Below, in pieces: positions 6,568-11,305 of a stretch of DNA of 11,305 nt. A model generated the notes under the pieces. That model searched no databases and was not told the DNA's origin. It worked only from the letters and a program-made list of their open reading frames with translations. The first letter of the stretch is position 1. The number at the start of each line of letters is the position of its first letter. Source of the DNA: Candidatus Saccharimonadota bacterium (GTDB taxonomy: Bacteria > Pseudomonadota > Gammaproteobacteria > Enterobacterales > Enterobacteriaceae); NCBI RefSeq assembly GCF_012571345.1, contig NZ_CP046218.1:225995-237299 (forward strand). The letters are read 5' to 3'. Position numbers and translations under genes: made by a program.

Positions 6568-8895
6568 TTATTTTTTTAATAAAGATAATTTCCATACTTC
6601 TTCAATATTTTTTACAGGATATATTTTTAGAGCAGTTATAATATTTTTAGGAATATTTTCTAGATCTCTTTTATTTTGATATGGTATTAATACTATATCT
6701 ATACCACCTCGATGTGCAGCTAATAATTTTTCTTTTAAACCACCAATCGGCAATACTTGCCCTCTTAAAGTAATTTCACCAGTCATAGCAATATTGGCTT
6801 TCACAGGAAAATTACTTAAACTAGATACTAAAGCAGTACAGATAGCTATTCCAGCACTAGGACCATCTTTTGGTGTAGCTCCTTCAGGAACATGGACATG
6901 TATATCAGTAGTTTTATAAAATTCATTATTAATATCTAACTTTTTTATACGAGCCCTTACAACGGTTAAAGCAGCTTGGATTGATTCCTGCATAACTTCA
7001 CCTAAAGAGCCAGTATATGTTAATTTTCCTTTACCAGGGATACATGCGGTTTCAATAGTTAATAAATCTCCTCCAGCTTCTGTCCAAGCTAAGCCAGTAA
7101 CTTGACCAATGCGATTAATATTTTCTGCTTTCCCATAATCATATTTTTTAACACCTAAATATTTTTTTAAATTTTTTTTATTTATTTCAATAAATTTAGT
7201 ATTTTGATCTATTAAGATAGTTTTAACAGCTTTTCTACATAAAGACGATAATTCTCGTTCTAAATTTCTTACACCAGCCTCTCTCGTATAATACCTAATA
7301 ATATCCAAAATAGTGTCTTGTTGTATAATTAATTCTTGTTTTTTTAAAGCATTACGATAAAATTGTTTAGGTAATAAATATTTTGTTGCGATATTTAGTT
7401 TTTCATCTTCAGTATATCCAGATAATTTAATTACTTCCATCCTATCTAATAATGGTAATGGTATATTGGTAACAGAATTTGAAGTGGCAACAAACATAAT
7501 ATCAGATAGATCATAATCTATTTCTAAATAATGATCATTAAAAGACATATTTTGTTCTGGATCTAATACTTCTAATAATGCTGAAGAAGGATCACCACGC
7601 ATGTCATATGCCATTTTATCAATTTCATCTAATAAAAATAATGGATTTTTTACTCCTGAACGTGTAATTTTTTGTATAATTTTACCCGGCATAGAACCAA
7701 TATATGTTCTTCTATGACCCCTAATTTCACCCTCATCACGAATACCACCCAAAGCCATTCTAATAAATTTTCTACCTGTTGTTCTTGCAATAGATTTACC
7801 TAAAGATGTTTTACCAACTCCAGGTGGTCCAACAAAACATAAAATTGGTCCTTTAATTTTATTAGATCTATTATGTACTGCTAAATATTCCAAAATACGT
7901 TCTTTTACATGTTCTAAACCAAAATGATCTTGATCTAATGTAATTTTAGCTTTATATAAATCTTTTTTTAATCTACTTTTTTGAAACCAAGGTATTTGAA
8001 TCATCCATTCAATATATCCTCGTACAACGGTTGCTTCTGCAGACATTGTAGACATCATACGTAATTTATGTAATTCAGAATATGTTTTTGCTTTTGCATC
8101 TTTTGGCATTTTAGCTCTGTCTATCTTTTTTTTTAAAATATCATTTTCATCAGGATAAACATCCATTTCACCTAATTCTTTTTGTATAGCTTTTATTTGT
8201 TCATTTAAATAATATTCTCTTTGACTCTTTTCCATTTGTTGCTTAACTCTATTACGAATTTTTTTCTCAACTTGCAAAAGATCAATTTCAGATTCCATAA
8301 TTGCCATAAGATATTCTAATCTTTCACTAATATTAAACATTTCTAATATTAATTGTTTATCAGATAATTTTAAAGGCATATGAGAAGCTATAGTATCAGC
8401 TAGTTTATCTACATGATGAATATTATTTAAAGAAGATAAAACTTCAGGTGGAATTTTTTTATTTAATTTGATATATCCTTCAAATTGATTAACAGCAGTA
8501 CGTATTAAAGCTTTTTGTTCTTTAGGTTCAATCATAGGAGAATTAATATATATAATTTGCGCTGTAAAATATTCTCCATTATCTGATAAAATATCAATTT
8601 GCGCCCTTTGTATTCCTTCAACTAATATTTTTAATGTACCATCAGGCAATTTTAACATTTGTAATATTGATGTTACTGTACCAACTGTAAATAAATCATT
8701 AATATCAGGGTTATCTTTCGCAGCATTTTTTTGTGCTACAAGCATAGCTTTTTTATTATTTTTCATTACTGCTTCTAAACAACGTATAGATTTTTCTCTA
8801 CCAATAAATAAAGGAATTACCATATGAGGATATATTACAACATCACGTAATGGTAATACAGGCATTACAATAGGTTCTGAATGATTAACATCCAT
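6568..8895 (-). CDS. lon: ATP-dependent Lon protease, 775 aa
   Basis: The N-terminus MPVLPLRDVVIYPHMVIPLFIGREKSIRCLE is nearly identical to E. coli Lon. Walker A is GPPGVGKTS and Walker B is LFLLDEIDK. The protease domain has PKDGPSAGIA (catalytic Ser) and GGLKEKLLAAHRGG (catalytic Lys). An AGAGGA Shine-Dalgarno lies 7 nt upstream of the ATG. Confidence 0.98.
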   Translation of the reverse strand: MDVNHSEPIVMPVLPLRDVVIYPHMVIPLFIGREKSIRCLEAVMKNNKKAMLVAQKNAAKDNPDINDLFTVGTVTSILQMLKLPDGTLKILVEGIQRAQIDILSDNGEYFTAQIIYINSPMIEPKEQKALIRTAVNQFEGYIKLNKKIPPEVLSSLNNIHHVDKLADTIASHMPLKLSDKQLILEMFNISERLEYLMAIMESEIDLLQVEKKIRNRVKQQMEKSQREYYLNEQIKAIQKELGEMDVYPDENDILKKKIDRAKMPKDAKAKTYSELHKLRMMSTMSAEATVVRGYIEWMIQIPWFQKSRLKKDLYKAKITLDQDHFGLEHVKERILEYLAVHNRSNKIKGPILCFVGPPGVGKTSLGKSIARTTGRKFIRMALGGIRDEGEIRGHRRTYIGSMPGKIIQKITRSGVKNPLFLLDEIDKMAYDMRGDPSSALLEVLDPEQNMSFNDHYLEIDYDLSDIMFVATSNSVTNIPLPLLDRMEVIKLSGYTEDEKLNIATKYLLPKQFYRNALKKQELIIQQDTILDIIRYYTREAGVRNLERELSSLCRKAVKTILIDQNTKFIEINKKNLKKYLGVKKYDYGKAENINRIGQVTGLAWTEAGGDLLTIETACIPGKGKLTYTGSLGEVMQESIQAALTVVRARIKKLDINNEFYKTTDIHVHVPEGATPKDGPSAGIAICTALVSSLSNFPVKANIAMTGEITLRGQVLPIGGLKEKLLAAHRGGIDIVLIPYQNKRDLENIPKNIITALKIYPVKNIEEVWKLSLLKK

Positions 8896-8902
8896 AAAAC
8901 AA

Positions 8903-8908
8903 TCCTCT
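8903..8908 (-). promoter_or_regulatory. Shine-Dalgarno (AGAGGA) for lon
   Basis: The + strand reads TCCTCT at 8903-8908, which is AGAGGA on the - strand, 7 nt upstream of the lon ATG (8895-8893). Confidence 0.6.
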
Positions 8909-8935
8909 TTTATTGTTAAAACAATTTTTCATTAT

Positions 8936-10207
8936 TTATGTTTTATTAATAATATTATTTTTATATTCTATAATTGGTTCAGATAAGTTTTTCACGACTT
9001 CATAAGTAATATTGATTTTATAAACATTAGATAATGCAGGTATATTATACATAATATCTAGTAATATTTTTTCCATAATAGTTTTTAACCCTCTTGCTCC
9101 TGTATTTAAAATAAGAGCTTGTCGTACTATTTCCTGGAGTGCTTGGATATCGAACACTATATCAACGTTATCATATTTAAATAACTGTTGATATTGTTTT
9201 ATTAAAGCATTATGCGGTTTGGTCAAAACTTGCATTAATCCTCTACTATCTAAAGCATCTAAAGTTACTATAATAGGTAAACGACCTATAAATTCTGGTA
9301 TTAGACCAAATTTGATTAAATCCGTGGTCTGAATTTGTTTATTAATATTATTAGTTTGATGATTTATATGTTTATTTTGTTTTTTTATATTAAATCCAAT
9401 ACTATGAGTAATTAAATTTGATCTATCAGTTATAATTTGATCTAACCCATAGAACGAACCAGCACAAATAAATAATATGTTATTTGTATTAATTTGTATG
9501 AATTCTTGTTGTGGATGTTTTCTTCCTCCTTGAGGCGGTACAGATACTATAGAACCTTCAATAAGTTTTAATAAAGCTTGTTGAACACCTTCACCAGATA
9601 CATCTCTTGTGATAGAAACGTTTTCAGATTTTTTAGCAATCTTATCAATTTCATCTATATAAATAATGCCTTTTTCTGTATTGTCAATATTATAATTAGC
9701 ATTTTGTAATAGTTTTTGCAAAATATTTTCAACATCCTCGCCAACATATCCTGCTTCTGTAAAAGAAGTGGCATCAGTAATTACAAAAGGTACATTTAAT
9801 ATACGTGCTAATATTTTTGCTAATAATGTTTTCCCGCTACCTGTAGGTCCAATGAGCAAAATATTACTTTTTTCAATGTCAATATCATTATTATGTTTTT
9901 GATTATATAAACGTAATCTTTTATAATGATTATAAATAGCTACAGCCAGGGTTTTTTTAGCATTATCTTGATTAATAACATATTTATTTAAATAATGAAA
10001 AATGTTTTGGGGTTTTAATAATACATCATCATACATATTATTATTGTGATTTTTTGATTTATTAAAAATGTTATTACATAATAATATACATTGTTTGCAA
10101 ATATATGCTTTATGACCTGATATTAATTTACCAATTTCATTTTGAAATTTACCACAAAAAGAACAACATAAAATTTTATTTAAATCATCCTTTTTATTTA
10201 TCATCAT
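8936..10207 (-). CDS. clpX: ClpX AAA+ unfoldase subunit of ClpXP, 423 aa
   Basis: N-terminal zinc-binding C4 motif (CSFC...CKQC), Walker A GPTGSGKT, pore-1 loop GYVG, Walker [13 protein letters not shown] loop [10 protein letters not shown], and IGF ClpP-docking loop (HSIGFN). The start aligns residue-for-residue with E. coli ClpX up to CSFCGK. Confidence 0.98.
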   Translation of the reverse strand: MMINKKDDLNKILCCSFCGKFQNEIGKLISGHKAYICKQCILLCNNIFNKSKNHNNNMYDDVLLKPQNIFHYLNKYVINQDNAKKTLAVAIYNHYKRLRLYNQKHNNDIDIEKSNILLIGPTGSGKTLLAKILARILNVPFVITDATSFTEAGYVGEDVENILQKLLQNANYNIDNTEKGIIYIDEIDKIAKKSENVSITRDVSGEGVQQALLKLIEGSIVSVPPQGGRKHPQQEFIQINTNNILFICAGSFYGLDQIITDRSNLITHSIGFNIKKQNKHINHQTNNINKQIQTTDLIKFGLIPEFIGRLPIIVTLDALDSRGLMQVLTKPHNALIKQYQQLFKYDNVDIVFDIQALQEIVRQALILNTGARGLKTIMEKILLDIMYNIPALSNVYKINITYEVVKNLSEPIIEYKNNIINKT

Positions 10208-10211
10208 ATAA

Positions 10212-10216
10212 CCCCT
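10212..10216 (-). promoter_or_regulatory. Possible weak Shine-Dalgarno (AGGGG) for clpX
   Basis: The + strand reads CCCCT at 10212-10216, which is AGGGG on the - strand, 4 nt upstream of the clpX ATG. The match to the anti-SD is imperfect and the spacing is short. Confidence 0.35.
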
Positions 10217-10258
10217 ATTTATATGTTAAATACAATTTCATCTTTATTATCTTATTTT

Positions 10259-10882
10259 TTAATGAGAAGATATAATATCATCTATTAAGCCATATTGCAT
10301 TGCTTCCTTAGAAGTTAAAAACCTATCTCTTTCTGTATCTTGTTCAATAGTAGAAATATTTTGTCCTGTATGTAATGCTAATAATGTATTTATATGTTTT
10401 TTAATTCTTAAAATTTCTTGAGTATATATTTCTATATCTGTTGCTTGTCCTTGATAACCACCTAATGGTTGATGTATCATAATCCGTGCATTAGGTAAAC
10501 CAAAACGTTTTTTTTTTGCACCTGCAGCTAATAAAAATGCTGCCATAGAACAAGCTTGACCAATACAAATAGTATTAATATCTGGTTTAACAAGTTGCAT
10601 TGTATCATAAATAGATAAACCTGATGTTATAATACCTCCTGGACTATTTATATAAAGATAAATATCTTTGTGACAATTTACAGATTCTAAAAATAACATT
10701 TGTGCTATAATTAAATTAGACATCCTATCTTCTATAGAACCGGTTAAAAAAATAATTCTTTCTTTTAATAATTTGGAAAAAATATCATAAGAACGTTCAC
10801 CACGACTATTTTGCTCTATAACCATAGGAACGTAATTATAATAATTAGGTATATTATTTATATTGTTATTATTGTTATACAT
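10259..10882 (-). CDS. clpP: ClpP protease proteolytic subunit; preferred start at 10882 (207 aa), while the ORF-track maximum start at 10918 gives 219 aa
   Basis: The Ser-His-Asp triad contexts are intact ([25 protein letters not shown]). [29 protein letters not shown] is nearly identical to E. coli. The Met at 10882 gives 207 aa (E. coli ClpP is 207 aa as I recall) and has an AGGA (complement of 10891-10894) 8 nt upstream. The 10918 ATG has no Shine-Dalgarno and adds 12 residues with no homolog counterpart. Confidence 0.95.
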   Translation of the reverse strand: MYNNNNNINNIPNYYNYVPMVIEQNSRGERSYDIFSKLLKERIIFLTGSIEDRMSNLIIAQMLFLESVNCHKDIYLYINSPGGIITSGLSIYDTMQLVKPDINTICIGQACSMAAFLLAAGAKKKRFGLPNARIMIHQPLGGYQGQATDIEIYTQEILRIKKHINTLLALHTGQNISTIEQDTERDRFLTSKEAMQYGLIDDIISSH

Positions 10883-11305
10883 TGTACATATCCTATTAAT
10901 TTGTATATAATCATGCATAAATTATAATAGTTATATAAAATGTTAATTTAATTAGTTATTTTAACTATGCATATATCAAAATATATATAAATTATTATTT
11001 AATCATGTCTTAAAATGTTTTTATTTATTTACATAAAAAAATAATATATTTACTACAAAAATTTGTTATATGTGTAAAATATATTAAATATTTTTATATG
11101 ATATAACATACTAACCTGATATATATAATCTTATATATTAATGTTATAAATAAAATATTAACATACTAATTTTTAACTTAATTTAATATTAACATATATA
11201 TAATATTTACATGAAATACATGTTTTCATATTTATATATTAAATACTTATCAATAAAATTATTTGATAAATGTTTAATATATAAAATAAAAATATTATTT
11301 ATATT
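10883..11305. other. Long (at least 423 bp, runs off the window) extremely AT-rich non-coding region upstream of clpP
   Basis: No ORF of meaningful length occurs on either strand. Hand count of 11221-11280 gives 6 G+C in 60 nt. Every other spacer in the window is 113 bp or shorter. Confidence 0.7.
10891..10894 (-). promoter_or_regulatory. Shine-Dalgarno (AGGA) supporting the clpP start at 10882
   Basis: The + strand reads TCCT at 10891-10894, which is AGGA on the - strand, 8 nt upstream of the ATG at 10882-10880. Confidence 0.45.

Noticed and set aside
10883-10918. 12-codon N-terminal extension of clpP ([12 protein letters not shown]) in the ORF track
   Set aside because: The internal Met at 10882 gives 207 aa (E. 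coli ClpP is 207 aa as I recall) and has an AGGA 8 nt upstream. The longer form has no Shine-Dalgarno and no homologous counterpart. It is kept only as an alternative start.
10883-11100. A sigma-32 heat-shock promoter upstream of clpP (CTTGAAA ... CCCCATNT type), as in E. coli
   Set aside because: I found no G/C-containing match on the - strand. The region has no run resembling CCCCAT or its complement, so no call is made.
11104-11169. 11-bp direct repeat TAACATACTAA at 11104-11114 and 11159-11169, plus a partial TTAACATA at 11189-11196
   Set aside because: By a rough estimate, exact 11-mers recurring within a few hundred bp are expected by chance in DNA this A/T-biased. There is no regular spacing, array structure or flanking gene to suggest iterons, CRISPR or a mobile-element end.
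11207-11305. Stop-free frames running off the right edge on both strands: + strand ATG at 11211 (MKYMFSYLYIKYLSIKLFDKCLIYKIKILFI...), and a - strand frame ending with TAA at 11207-11209 (...DKYLIYKYENMYFM*)
   Set aside because: Each is only about 31-32 codons. Hand counts put G+C here at roughly a tenth of bases, far below the real coding regions of this window. Neither has a recognisable motif, and the - strand frame does not resemble the Tig C-terminus. Such a short open stretch is not clearly beyond chance in this composition. More sequence to the right is needed to decide.
1-11305. Possible UGA-to-Trp (or other) genetic code change, as seen in some tiny symbiont genomes
   Set aside because: All eight CDS are complete under the standard code at lengths matching E. 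coli orthologues. Conserved Trp positions use TGG (e.g. WWSW in the GH28 gene) and every gene stops at TAA. Nothing in this window requires recoding.

Overview
This window is gene-dense and extremely AT-rich. Hand counts of single 60-nt lines give about 10% GC in the right-hand spacer, 15-28% in typical coding lines and about 40% in the most conserved aceE segment; no whole-window value was computed. Protein similarity and operon order point to a highly reduced gammaproteobacterial (Enterobacterales-like) endosymbiont-type genome. There are eight CDS in two convergent blocks. The + strand carries aceE (5'-truncated by the window edge), aceF, lpdA and a glycoside hydrolase family 28 (GH28) polygalacturonase. 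The - strand carries dapE, lon, clpX and clpP. All eight stop codons are TAA, and all ORFs read through under the standard code at lengths close to their E. coli orthologues. No rRNA, tRNA, CRISPR array, IS element or integrase is visible. The stand-out feature is the intact pectinase gene (4074-5351). It has all four GH28 catalytic motifs, the same extreme AT bias as its neighbours and no mobility scars, and it sits between the pyruvate dehydrogenase operon and dapE. It has no recognisable signal peptide, and an in-frame stop leaves no room to add one upstream. This is the signature of a host-beneficial plant-cell-wall digestion function kept in a minimal symbiont genome. From memory, comparable cases are known from leaf-beetle symbionts (Candidatus Stammera, Candidatus Macropleicola), so novelty depends on the source organism, which I cannot determine here. 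Secondary observations: the pectinase and dapE share a 6-bp palindromic stop/stop overlap; a spacer of at least 423 bp at roughly 10% GC lies where tig is expected upstream of clpP; AceF has two lipoyl domains with Asn/Lys-rich linkers; in-frame A9-A10 tracts occur in clpP, lon and dapE; Lon, ClpX and ClpP are very strongly conserved.
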